DNA of 62,675 nt, the filler included, from Candidatus Fermentibacterota bacterium (GTDB lineage: Bacteria > JAFGKV01): assembly GCA_016928395.1 (NCBI GenBank). It is 10 parts of 10 records of this genome, joined end to end, with 100 filler letters (N's around TTAATTAATTAA, not from the genome) between each part and the next. Parts side by side here need not be neighbours in the genome. Positions count along the whole stretch, not along the records: positions 25,503 to 28,675 come from JAFGKV010000070.1; positions 28,776 to 33,113 come from JAFGKV010000071.1; positions 33,214 to 46,859 come from JAFGKV010000074.1; 7 more parts are not named here. The stretch is one strand, 5' to 3'. Shown piece by piece: positions 26,460 through 35,215 of the stretch (its first letter is position 1; every line of letters begins with the position of its first letter). Under the pieces are notes generated by a model. The model was not told the DNA's origin. It was given only the letters and a program-made list of their open reading frames with translations, and did not search any database. Made by a program: the position numbers and the translations under genes.

Positions 26460-27555
26460 CGCAGCGGAGCGGCTCATCTTCGAGCTTGGCGAGTTCGGCT
26501 GCGGCCTCGCGGTTGACGCGCTCGATCTCCTCGGGGCTGGGGAGGGTGTAGCCGTAGGGCTGTCCACGCTGTCGACCAGCTGTCGGATAGGGGTTGGACC
26601 GTCGTTGCTGTCTGTCATAGGGGGATGCCTCCTTCGGGGGTCTGCGTTCGGGGTGCAGGATGACGGCACGGGTGTAGTGCCAGCGGTTGCGGGCGCCAAT
26701 GGAGGCCCGGAACGCCGCCCGCCAGCGTTCCAGGTCCTGACACTCGTGGGCCACAAGGTCCGTGAGCTCGTCGTGAATCATCGCTGTGAGGGTGCCGCCG
26801 ATTTCCTGCTCGTAGAGGGCAACGACCTGGGCCAGGACGGGGTCGCCGGTGGGGCCGTCCTGGCTGTTGCCCGGCGGCGCACGGGGGGGTAAGGGGGGGA
26901 CATCATCTACATCGTCTTTCTTAGTCCTCTCAGTCTTAGTTAGATCAGTATTTAGTAGGGCGTGATTGGCCGGATTCGGGATTTCCCCGTGCGGGGGCCC
27001 CACACGTGGGGGCTCCACAGTAGGGAGGGCCGTAGGTGGGAGGGCCGCATGTGCGCAGGGACGGGCCGGTTCATCGAGGGGGGCCTGCGCGCGGTCGGCG
27101 GGCCGGCAGACCTGGGCCGGCGGACCGGCTGCCGGCAGGTCGGCCTGGACAGGCCGACCTGCATCGCCGCGATGCGATGGCCCTGTCACTCTATCTGGCG
27201 TGCCGGTAGGTCCGGGTCTGCCGGGATCATTTCCCTCGTCCGGCGGCAGGGGCTGTTCGTAGACCGTGAGCCGGATGCCGGTGAAGCGGCCCGTTGCGGG
27301 GTCGTGCAACTGCTCGGCGACGAGATAACCGCGCTGCTCCAGCTCGCGGAGCCCAGAGCGGACGGCGGTCTCGCCGTCGGGGCTGCGCTTGACCAGGTCG
27401 GCGACGCGGATCTGCCAGTCGTCGGGGCGACTGAGCAGGTAGCTCATCAGGCCCTTGGCCTTCCAGGAGAGCGTGGGATCCTCGGCGACGCGTCTGTCGA
27501 TCATGACATAGGGGTGATCGCGGCTCTTTTCACAGCGGATGATGGTGGTTGGCAT
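26419..27555 (-). CDS. Phage-type replication initiator (N-terminal HTH, DnaD-like C-domain)
   Basis: LSWKAKGLMSYLLSRPDDW...VRSGLRELEQRGYL HTH, Pro-rich linker, NTDLTKTE motif, YEQEIGGTLT DnaD-like segment. GGAGG RBS. Confidence 0.82.
   Translation of the reverse strand: MPTTIIRCEKSRDHPYVMIDRRVAEDPTLSWKAKGLMSYLLSRPDDWQIRVADLVKRSPDGETAVRSGLRELEQRGYLVAEQLHDPATGRFTGIRLTVYEQPLPPDEGNDPGRPGPTGTPDRVTGPSHRGDAGRPVQADLPAAGPPAQVCRPADRAQAPLDEPARPCAHAALPPTALPTVEPPRVGPPHGEIPNPANHALLNTDLTKTERTKKDDVDDVPPLPPRAPPGNSQDGPTGDPVLAQVVALYEQEIGGTLTAMIHDELTDLVAHECQDLERWRAAFRASIGARNRWHYTRAVILHPERRPPKEASPYDRQQRRSNPYPTAGRQRGQPYGYTLPSPEEIERVNREAAAELAKLEDEPLRCDEPLGAGDAPAGP
26916..26958. other. Putative replication origin inside the initiator gene
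   Basis: AT-rich island with five short YAGT-ending repeats (CTTAGT, CTCAGT, CTTAGT, ATCAGT, TTTAGT) in otherwise very GC-rich DNA. Confidence 0.45.
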
Positions 27556-27573
27556 TGCGGGGAGACCTCCTGA

Positions 27574-27735
27574 GGGGATAGGGGAAAGGGAAAAGGGACA
27601 AGGGAAAGGGGATAGGGGATAGGGGGGAGAAATGGGTTTGTTTGGTAAAAACCTGGCCATGTGGGTAGGGGGGGCGAATGGGCGAATGGCAGAATCAGCG
27701 AATGAGCGAATGGCGGAATTGGCGGATGGGGATAT
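27574..27735. repeat. Heptamer (GGGGATA-like) and octamer (GGCGAATG-like) tandem repeats
   Basis: About eight G-tract units at 27574-27627, then about seven GGCGAATG-like units. Confidence 0.7.
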
Positions 27736-28109
27736 GGCATCTGTGTCATCTGCGTGGTCTGTGGGTTGATCTGTGGATGGGTCCGGGGTGGCTTGTTAGG
27801 CTATCTACTTCCATTGTAAGGGAAGATGCGGCAGATTCTAGTCTGCAGGGTGGGCAATTCTTGGGAGAATCTCCGGGATGTGAGGGGAATGATCTGAATC
27901 ACGGGTGGCAGGTATGGGCGGATTTCGCGGAGAGGTGGGGGCGTGGCTTGGGGCGTGCTGACGGGACCGGCCTACACGGGCCAGCTGTTGATGCTCAGTT
28001 AAGCTGATGTTTGGGGTTCGTAGTGACGGTCCCACAGCATGGACGGCTCAGTCGTTCCGGCGCTTTATCAGGGCTTGCAGAACCGCTGAAGCGGTTACTA
28101 CAAACCAAG

Positions 28110-28673
28110 CTAACTGACTGCTAGGCGTTCATCCATCCACGTTCGCACGCTGATGCCCGCGGCACCGGCGCGCGCGAGAAGGTCTTTGTGGCGCCAACCC
28201 CACCGGGTGAGGCTGGCCGGCGGCTCGAGCACGCACTTGTACCAGAGCGATGCCGCCAGCCACGTCTTGACGGGACCGTGGTCGTCGCCGAGGTAGGCGT
28301 AGACGCGGAGCACCTCGTTTTTGGGGTCGAAGCCGAGGTCTGCGTGCCCCAGGTCGAGGAGCACGAACTGCATGGGTATCTCGCGCAACCAACGGTCGAG
28401 GCCCAGCGCATAACCAAAGAAGAGCTGCCCCAGCCGCGTGCCCTCGGCGTGGGGCCGGCGCGTGGGCATCTCCCACTGAAGCGTGCCGATGCCGTGGATC
28501 CAGCGCTCGATCCGGCGGAGCATGCCGTGGTGGCAGTCGGACAACTCCGACACGCAGTCGGCGATGTGACCGCTGATGGTGTAAAGCTGGCGCTTGGCGG
28601 GATCCTTGATCTGCGCCAGGGCCGTCTTGTAGGCTTCGGTGTGGTTGGCGTGGATCGCCGGGATGCCGGCAGC
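28110..28673 (-). CDS. Hypothetical protein, 5' truncated by contig end
   Basis: The frame of ORF 28110-28553 stays open to the contig edge (AAGIPAIHANHTEAYKTALAQIKDP...), with coding-like GC3 bias. Confidence 0.65.
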   Translation of the reverse strand, partial: AAGIPAIHANHTEAYKTALAQIKDPAKRQLYTISGHIADCVSELSDCHHGMLRRIERWIHGIGTLQWEMPTRRPHAEGTRLGQLFFGYALGLDRWLREIPMQFVLLDLGHADLGFDPKNEVLRVYAYLGDDHGPVKTWLAASLWYKCVLEPPASLTRWGWRHKDLLARAGAAGISVRTWMDERLAVS

Positions 28674-28675
28674 CG

Positions 28676-28775
28676 NNNNNNNNNNNNNNNNNNNNNNNNN
28701 NNNNNNNNNNNNNNNNNNNTTAATTAATTAANNNNNNNNNNNNNNNNNNNNNNNNNNNNNNNNNNNNNNNNNNNN
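28676..28775. other. Artificial contig linker
   Basis: N44-TTAATTAATTAA-N44. Confidence 0.98.
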
Positions 28776-28900
28776 CGACGGGGGGTGCATGAACAGAGTA
28801 GGAGGGCCTTCAGGCCCGACGGGGGTTGCGTGTCGCGGCTGAAGCCGCTCCTACAGAGAAGCTGTGGCACCGCGCACGTCCGATGCGCCGTACTCTCCAC
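28776..28900. repeat. GTAG REP doublet (BIME-like) with conserved flanks
   Basis: GTAGGAGGGCCTTCAGGCCCGAC...GTCGCGGCTGAAGCCGCTCCTAC, near-identical to 46721-46850. Confidence 0.8.
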
Positions 28901-28963
28901 CTCGGAGGACCTGGGTGCAGTCGCATCCAGAGGCCTTACTGACGCCTGACACACGGCATACCA

Positions 28964-29887
28964 ATGGATGCGACTACTGACGCAAGGTCGTTCCGATGGA
29001 TCTATGCCAAGCTGGTGCTCACGGCGTTGTTCTGGGGCGGCACCTTCATTGCCGGCAGAGTCGCTGCGGACGATGTCGGGCCGTTCTCCGGGGCATTTCT
29101 GCGGTTTGCAGTGGCGTCGGTGATCCTGGTGCTCGTTCTCGCGGTCAGAGAGCGGGAATCACTGCGGGTGCCTCTGGGCGAGCTGCCGAGGCTCATTCTC
29201 CTCGGGCTCTTTGGTACGGTGCTCTACAATGTCTTCTTCTTCAAGGGATTGCAGACCGTGAGCGCCGGCCGGGCCTCGATCATCGTAGCCCTGAATCCCG
29301 CGCTCATCGCGCTGTGCTCCGCCATCTTCCTCCGAGAGCGTATGACGGGGTCTCGGGTACTCGGGGTTGTTCTCTCCTTGTCAGGCGCGATGACCGTGAT
29401 CTCGCGGGGTGATTTTCTCACGCTTCTCGGCGGAGGGGTCGCCGCCGGGGACCTGTGTGTTCTCGGCTGCGTGGGAAGCTGGGTCGCGTTCACCATGATC
29501 GGCAGGAAGACCATGGATCGGCTTACTCCGCTGGCCATGGTCACGTGGTCCGCGGTGGTGGGCACCGCGGGACTGGCGGTCATGGCCTTTCGAGAGGGGC
29601 TGGCCACGCATGTCGGGCACTACCCCGTGGAGGTATGGCTCGGCACCGCGTACTTGGCAGTGTTCGGCACCGTTCTGGGTTTCGTGTGGTTCTATCAGGG
29701 CGTAAAGGCGCTGGGGCCGACTAGGGCCGGTGTGTTCATCAACTTCGTGCCGGCCAGTTCTGTGTTCTTGGGCATTCTCCTGCTCGGTGAGAAGCCGACG
29801 TCGTCACTCGTAGGCGGTCTACTGCTGGTGACTGCGGGCGTCTACCTGTCGAACCGGCGGGGCCACGTTCCCACTCAAGCAGGTTGA
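28964..29887 (+). CDS. DMT/EamA-family transporter
   Basis: Ten TM segments in two EamA repeats, LFWGGTFIAGR and FINFVP. Confidence 0.92.
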   Translation: MDATTDARSFRWIYAKLVLTALFWGGTFIAGRVAADDVGPFSGAFLRFAVASVILVLVLAVRERESLRVPLGELPRLILLGLFGTVLYNVFFFKGLQTVSAGRASIIVALNPALIALCSAIFLRERMTGSRVLGVVLSLSGAMTVISRGDFLTLLGGGVAAGDLCVLGCVGSWVAFTMIGRKTMDRLTPLAMVTWSAVVGTAGLAVMAFREGLATHVGHYPVEVWLGTAYLAVFGTVLGFVWFYQGVKALGPTRAGVFINFVPASSVFLGILLLGEKPTSSLVGGLLLVTAGVYLSNRRGHVPTQAG

Positions 29888-30013
29888 CACTCCGCAGGAG
29901 CTCGTCAGCGCTCCAGGCTGACGTCGTGCATGCCGGTGAGAACTCACCGACGGAACATGCCGAACACCAGCGAACTTCGGCGCGGCGCGGTCTGTCGGAG
30001 TGTCTTGGCCCCG

Positions 30014-30295
30014 CTAGTGTGGGGAAGGGGCATTCTTCGCCAAGAACAGAAAGAGCGCCGCGATGAAGGCCAGCACGATCCCGACCGTCTCGAACACCGC
30101 CGCGAAGACAGGCCATCCAACGAGGGCGTGTTCCGCCTGCGCCACGAACATGAGCAGGATGACGAGCCCCGCAAATCGCCTGTGTCCTGTTGATGCGCGG
30201 CGAAGTGTTGATCCTGGGTTGACTGCAAGAAGAAACACAATGATGCCAGCGACGCCGAAGATCACTGCGGAGACCGTCGTCATTGAAGCAGCCAC
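30014..30295 (-). CDS. Small membrane protein (about 3 TM)
   Basis: 93 aa, three hydrophobic segments, AAAGGAG RBS before the GTG. Confidence 0.55.
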   Translation of the reverse strand: MAASMTTVSAVIFGVAGIIVFLLAVNPGSTLRRASTGHRRFAGLVILLMFVAQAEHALVGWPVFAAVFETVGIVLAFIAALFLFLAKNAPSPH

Positions 30296-30544
30296 AGCTC
30301 ACTCTCCTTTCAGGGGGAGAACGCCTGAAGCCTGCCATCGCCCAGCCCGCGTGCGGTATACTCACGATGGCAGGTGACACGCGGGAGGCACCCGGGGCGG
30401 ACGACACCCGCTCACACCGATCAGAACCGCAAAGTAGGGAGAGCGGGGATTCGGCGCAACGGAATCGGAGGCAAGATCGTCTGGGAGCGTCTCTGCGGCA
30501 TGCTCCTTGGCGCGCGGAGTGGCCGCACACCGCCGGGACCCGCG

Positions 30545-31501
30545 TCACCCGCTCTGCGAGTTGACGTTCGTTCTCTGTGAGCGCCCGTGGGTCGGTGCCG
30601 GCGAAGCCCTCCGACCCGCGTGAGCCATCGCGCCTGAAGACGCTTCTACAGGGGCTGCAAAGGGGGCTGTGGCTGCGAGGCGTGCTGCGGGCTGTCGATC
30701 GATCTGGACGCGGAACACCAACTCGGTCGGGAAGCTGAAGCGCTCGATAGACCAATTCCTATCCCGCGTCAGTCGGAGGAAGCGTCGTTCGTAGTTTTCC
30801 CCCATTCCCTTGTCCCGGCGGCCGCCCAAGCTGTGCACGGGGAAGGAAATCAGAATGCAGCGGGCATGGAGAGCATCCAGAAGCCGGCCGCCTGCGCCGC
30901 ATTCAATGTGCTCGAGGCAAGGCAGAAGCTTGAGCAGCAAGGCGACATCTGTCTCGTCACTGGGCGCGTTGCGAACGGCGTCTTGGGTCTGGGCGTGGCC
31001 GCGAATGCCAACGATCCCGAAGAAGTCGCACAGCATGACCGCCAGGTCTTCATAGATATCGCATGCGGCGTAGACGCAGTCTTCTGCCAGCGGCATCCAG
31101 GGGATGGCCAGCGGGTTGAGGCCGCAACCGATGTCAAGTACCGATCGTATGGGCGGGAGGTCGCCGAGAAGAATGGAGTAGAATTCACCCAGGACCGGCA
31201 ACCGTTCCTGGGTTGATGCGTGCAGGGACATGACTTCCCGGCAGGCGGCTCTGAACTCTCCTGGTGCCGCAGACCGCAGGGTCTTCAACCATCGCTCGGT
31301 CTGCAGCCCGCCCGGCAGATACGCTCCGGCGATCTGGTGCAGGGTGCGCGTGGTGGCCTTCTTGGCCTCGGCGGCAGTCTCACGACGGGCGAGTTCGCGG
31401 ATTCCAATGGTGCGGATGATCTCGGGCATGACCGACCGGTATTTCCTGGCAGCGCGGACATCTCCCACCAGGACATCGATGTCTGTCTCACCGTGGCTCA
31501 T
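30545..31501 (-). CDS. 16S rRNA m7G1405 methyltransferase family (ArmA/Rmt/Sgm-like)
   Basis: LHQIAGAY, HASTQERL, LDIGCGLNP, LLKLLPCLE, SFPVHSLGGR..KGM..NY. ATG 31501 overlaps the tgt stop. Confidence 0.88.
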   Translation of the reverse strand: MSHGETDIDVLVGDVRAARKYRSVMPEIIRTIGIRELARRETAAEAKKATTRTLHQIAGAYLPGGLQTERWLKTLRSAAPGEFRAACREVMSLHASTQERLPVLGEFYSILLGDLPPIRSVLDIGCGLNPLAIPWMPLAEDCVYAACDIYEDLAVMLCDFFGIVGIRGHAQTQDAVRNAPSDETDVALLLKLLPCLEHIECGAGGRLLDALHARCILISFPVHSLGGRRDKGMGENYERRFLRLTRDRNWSIERFSFPTELVFRVQIDRQPAARLAATAPFAAPVEASSGAMAHAGRRASPAPTHGRSQRTNVNSQSG

Positions 31502-32622
31502 GGTCGCACAGGATCGGAGGTGACGGGGGGCCACATGGCCGATTCTCCCCGGAGCCGCTCCATGAGATCACTGATGTAGTGGAGGTTGTGCATGGTGGCC
31601 AATCGTTGATACAGAGTGTCACCAATGGCGTAGAGGTGATGCAGGTAGCCTAGAGAGTAGAAGGAACAACACGGGCAGGCGCAGCCCGAGGACACAGGGC
31701 CACGGGCCTTGATATGGGTGGCATCCTGCACGTAGAGATAGGAGAACCAGTCTCCATTTAGAGGGGCGTCACGCTCGACCCGCCATGTGTACAGCCTGCC
31801 GTGGCGGGCATCGCGAGTCGGCAGGACGCTATCCAGCAGACCATAGCCCATGCGGACGCAGGTGGCGATATGCTCCGGATGGCCGATGCCTAGGGCGTGG
31901 AGGGGTATGCCCGGCGGCACACTCTCTCGGACGCGCGCGAGGAGATCATCGAGCAGCCGCCCGTCGGTGCCCAGAGGCCATCCCCCGAAGCCGAACCCAT
32001 CGAATCCCAGGCCCAGCAGTGCCTCGGCGCACTCCTGCCGCCGGCGCAGCGAGCCGCCTCCCTGGATTACGGCAAAAAGCAGCGGCCGGGGTTCGACCAC
32101 CCGCGGCCTGCACTCCACTATTTTCTGGAACTCAGCCTTGCAGCGCTGTGCCCACGCTATAGTACGCCGGACCGACTGCTCCTGAAGGCTGGCCGAATCA
32201 TCGGGATGCGTGCAGTCATCCAGGCAGATGGCGATATCAGTTCCATAGGCCATCTGAAGTTGGATGCACTTCTCGGGTGTGAGCAGCAGTTTCCGGCGGG
32301 ATCCTTCCGGATGCACCACGAGACCCCGGTCACTGACACTGCCATAGCGCGGGTTCTCCCGCAAGAGCGAGTAGGCCTGGAAGCCGCCGGAGTCGGTAAT
32401 CACCGGGCCGTTCCATCCCAGCATTTCGTGGACTCCGCCCAAGGCACGAACAGTGGTGGACCCGGGGCGCTGCATGAGGTGGAATACATTTGTCTGGATT
32501 GCCCCGATCCTGCAGCGCCGAAGATCACCGACATCCAATCCACGGACGACACCGTGGGTCGCGTCGGGAAGAAACACTGGTAGGGTGAGCGGGCCGTGCG
32601 AGACCTCGAGTGATGATGTCAC
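31498..32622 (-). CDS. tgt: tRNA-guanine transglycosylase family protein (atypical pocket)
   Basis: TDSGGFQ, LDDC, IQGG, DSVLPTR, and CACPCC...H zinc site. Confidence 0.88.
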   Translation of the reverse strand: MTSSLEVSHGPLTLPVFLPDATHGVVRGLDVGDLRRCRIGAIQTNVFHLMQRPGSTTVRALGGVHEMLGWNGPVITDSGGFQAYSLLRENPRYGSVSDRGLVVHPEGSRRKLLLTPEKCIQLQMAYGTDIAICLDDCTHPDDSASLQEQSVRRTIAWAQRCKAEFQKIVECRPRVVEPRPLLFAVIQGGGSLRRRQECAEALLGLGFDGFGFGGWPLGTDGRLLDDLLARVRESVPPGIPLHALGIGHPEHIATCVRMGYGLLDSVLPTRDARHGRLYTWRVERDAPLNGDWFSYLYVQDATHIKARGPVSSGCACPCCSFYSLGYLHHLYAIGDTLYQRLATMHNLHYISDLMERLRGESAMWPPVTSDPVRP

Positions 32623-32633
32623 GCAGGAATCCG

Positions 32634-33113
32634 TTACTGCAGGGGGCGCACTCGGGTGAAGGACGCGATCAACTCTCGATGGGCAGGATACCGGGCGACT
32701 AGCGCGGCCCGGTCGCCCAGCTCAAAATCAGCGAACTCGAAACCTGGGGCCACGGTGCAGCCCACCAGCGCGTACGAGTCCGGATCGCTTGGCCGTGCGG
32801 CAAGCCAGGATCCGGCGGGTACGGTTGCTTGGGGAACCCGCCCGGGGTCCAGGGAATTTCCCAAATGGTGAATGCCGAGACCTCTCTCATCATCCATCAC
32901 ATACAGGTCGAGGCCTTCACCGGAATAGAAGTGCCAAATCTCGTCGGATTGCAGCCGGTGAAAGGCAGAGAAGTCTTCGCCGTCCAACAGGAAGTAGATG
33001 GCAGTGCATGCCCTGCGAGCGCCGGCATAGTGCCCGGGAAGCACCTGATGCGGAATGGTCAATTCGGCGCGATACGTTTCCGCGAAGTATCCGCCTTCAG
33101 CGTGGGGAGCCAG
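32634..33113 (-). CDS. Cupin DUF985 (Cupin_5) protein, 5' truncated
   Basis: PHAEGGYFAETYR, TAIYFLL, HRLQSDEIWHFY, GCTVAPGFEFADF. Confidence 0.9.
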   Translation of the reverse strand: MAPHAEGGYFAETYRAELTIPHQVLPGHYAGARRACTAIYFLLDGEDFSAFHRLQSDEIWHFYSGEGLDLYVMDDERGLGIHHLGNSLDPGRVPQATVPAGSWLAARPSDPDSYALVGCTVAPGFEFADFELGDRAALVARYPAHRELIASFTRVRPLQ

Positions 33114-33213
33114 NNNNNNNNNNNNNNNNNNNNNNNNNNNNNNNNNNNNNNNNNNNNTTAATTAATTAANNNNNNNNNNNNNNNNNNNNNNNNNNNNNNN
33201 NNNNNNNNNNNNN
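33114..33213. other. Artificial contig linker
   Basis: N44-TTAATTAATTAA-N44. Confidence 0.98.
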
Positions 33214-33297
33214 GAGCCAACTGCCGGCTGTACTCTCAACCCTGAGAATTCTGAGGGAGCCCGGCGTCCTCAGAGGCCGCACTGAACCCTGAACCCT
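33214..33297. repeat. 84-bp dispersed repeat (copy 2)
   Basis: Identical to 21295-21378. Confidence 0.85.
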
Positions 33298-33442
33298 GGA
33301 ACTTGAACCCTGCTCGCGAAGCGAGCCCCCCTCCCCCCCCACATCGTGGTTGTCAGAACGGCCGGCGGGGCGTATCCTTGGCCCCACTCGGTTCTTGCGA
33401 GGTACAGCCTCGTCGTGCCCGCCGGATGGAAGGAGGGTTTGG

Positions 33443-34540
33443 ATGATCCTATCCCCATGGTGTCTTCTCTTCATCGCACTCACCGCCCCGTCAGATCTCA
33501 CCGTCAAAGATACTCCCAACGATGAGGGATCCAGCGTCACCCTCCGATGGGTCTTCAATGACGAAACCGAGAGCGCGACGGGATTGTCGATCCTGCGGGC
33601 CGGTCCCGGAGAGGAATTCGCCGAGATTGAGCAGCTTCCGGTCGACGCCCGGGAGCACGCGGACGAGTCTGCGACCCGCGATACGCCCTATCGCTATCGC
33701 GTGGACGCGGTCTACCCCGACACCGTTCTGGCAGGGGCAACAAGCCGCGAGACCATGGCAAAGGCCCAGTGGTTCAACTGGGATCGTGCCAATATCCTCG
33801 TGGGTCTGTTGCTTTTCACGGGGCTCGTCGTCTACTTCGTCACCAAGGCCCGCAGCGGAGTGCACCTCTTCGTGCGGCGTATCGCCGGGCTCGAAGCGGT
33901 GGACGAGGCGGTCGGACGGGCCACTGAGATGGGCCGCGCCATCCTCTATATCCCGGGTACCGGGTATGTGGACAGCATCGCCACCATCGCCTCCATGAAC
34001 ATCCTGGGCGAAATCGCCAAGAAGGCGGCGGAATACGGCACCCACATCATGGTGCCCAACCGGGATCCCATCGTGTTCACCGTAACCCGGGAAATCGTCA
34101 AGGGCGCCTATCTCCAGGTCGGCAAACCCGACGCCTTCGATCCGGATTGCGTCACGTTCGTCGTGGAGAATAGTCTGGCCTATGCCTCTGCCATCGACGG
34201 CATCATGGCCAGAGAAAGGCCGGCGACCATCTTCCTGCTGGGTTCGTTCGCTGCGGAAAGTCTCATCCTTGCGGAAACCGGCGCCTCGGTGGGCGCGATC
34301 CAGATCGCGGGTACCGATGCGATCACGCAGCTTCCGTTCTTCGTTGTTGCGTGCGACTATACACTGCTGGGCGAGGAACTCTACGCGGCCAGCGCCTACC
34401 TCTCCCGCGAGCCTCTCATGTTGGGCGCGCTCAAAGGGCAAGATTGGGGGAAGGCAATCATCGCGGCGGTGCTGATCATCGCGTCCTTGCTGGCATTGGT
34501 CTTCAACGTGGACGTCAGTCCCATCTTCCGCTCCCAGTAA
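33443..34540 (+). CDS. FN3-like plus DUF6754-type membrane protein
   Basis: N-terminal hydrophobic leader, FN3-like DTPNDEGSSVTLRW...YRYRV, TM, then RRIAGLEAVDEAVGRATEMG, AESLILAETG, QLPFF..CDYTLLGEELYAASAYLS. AAGGAGG RBS. Confidence 0.8.
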   Translation: MILSPWCLLFIALTAPSDLTVKDTPNDEGSSVTLRWVFNDETESATGLSILRAGPGEEFAEIEQLPVDAREHADESATRDTPYRYRVDAVYPDTVLAGATSRETMAKAQWFNWDRANILVGLLLFTGLVVYFVTKARSGVHLFVRRIAGLEAVDEAVGRATEMGRAILYIPGTGYVDSIATIASMNILGEIAKKAAEYGTHIMVPNRDPIVFTVTREIVKGAYLQVGKPDAFDPDCVTFVVENSLAYASAIDGIMARERPATIFLLGSFAAESLILAETGASVGAIQIAGTDAITQLPFFVVACDYTLLGEELYAASAYLSREPLMLGALKGQDWGKAIIAAVLIIASLLALVFNVDVSPIFRSQ

Positions 34541-34552
34541 GGAGGGTCTGCC

Positions 34553-35215
34553 ATGCAACGCAAGCTTCCGCTCGCCCTCCTGATCATCATGGGAATTCTC
34601 GGCTTCGCCCAGCTCTTCAGCCCTCATCCCAGGTGGCAGGATACGCACGACATACTGCGCAATGACATGCTGCGGATCATCGGCGCCTTCGCGTTGATTC
34701 TGGGCTTGGGCAATCTCCTGCGCGCCCATGTCATGAAAATCCAGCGCCGCGCTCAAAACTGGCCCTACAGTATCGTCACTCTCGTCGGGTTTCTCATGGC
34801 CGCCACGATAGGCCTGTTTGGAGATGGACCTCGCCGAGTGGGCATGTTCAGGACCGAGATCAACGGGTTCAAGTTCGATGATATGACCATCTACTTCCAG
34901 ATCATCGTACCCCTGGGCGCCACCATGTTTGCGCTCCTGGCCTTCTTCATGGCCTCGGCGGCATACCGATCCTTCAGGGCAAAGGGCTTCCTCGCGGTCC
35001 TTCTTTTGCTCTCGGCATTCGTGGTCATGCTGGGCCAGGTACCCGTCGGTGCGGCCATAAGCCGTCACTTCCCCGACATCGCCGACTTCATCATGCGCGT
35101 GCCCAATACCGCGAGCAAACGGGGCATCGAGATGGGTATCATTTTGGGGATGATCGCGACCATGCTCAAAATCATGGCGGGTATCGAGCGAAGCTGGATG
35201 GGAGGTGGCGAATGA
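34553..35215 (+). CDS. Conserved hypothetical polytopic membrane protein
   Basis: About 6 TM segments, PLGATMFALLAFFMASAAYRSFR and VPNTASKRGI. AAGGAGG RBS. Confidence 0.8.
   Translation: MQRKLPLALLIIMGILGFAQLFSPHPRWQDTHDILRNDMLRIIGAFALILGLGNLLRAHVMKIQRRAQNWPYSIVTLVGFLMAATIGLFGDGPRRVGMFRTEINGFKFDDMTIYFQIIVPLGATMFALLAFFMASAAYRSFRAKGFLAVLLLLSAFVVMLGQVPVGAAISRHFPDIADFIMRVPNTASKRGIEMGIILGMIATMLKIMAGIERSWMGGGE

Noticed and set aside
26460-26756. Long N-terminal extension of the DnaC-like ORF overlapping the initiator
   Set aside because: Low-complexity alternate-frame read-through of the initiator's 3' end. The loader domain begins near 26459.
33491-35068. 525-aa minus-strand ORF
   Set aside because: Antisense shadow of the DUF6754 operon genes, which have clear RBS and coupling.
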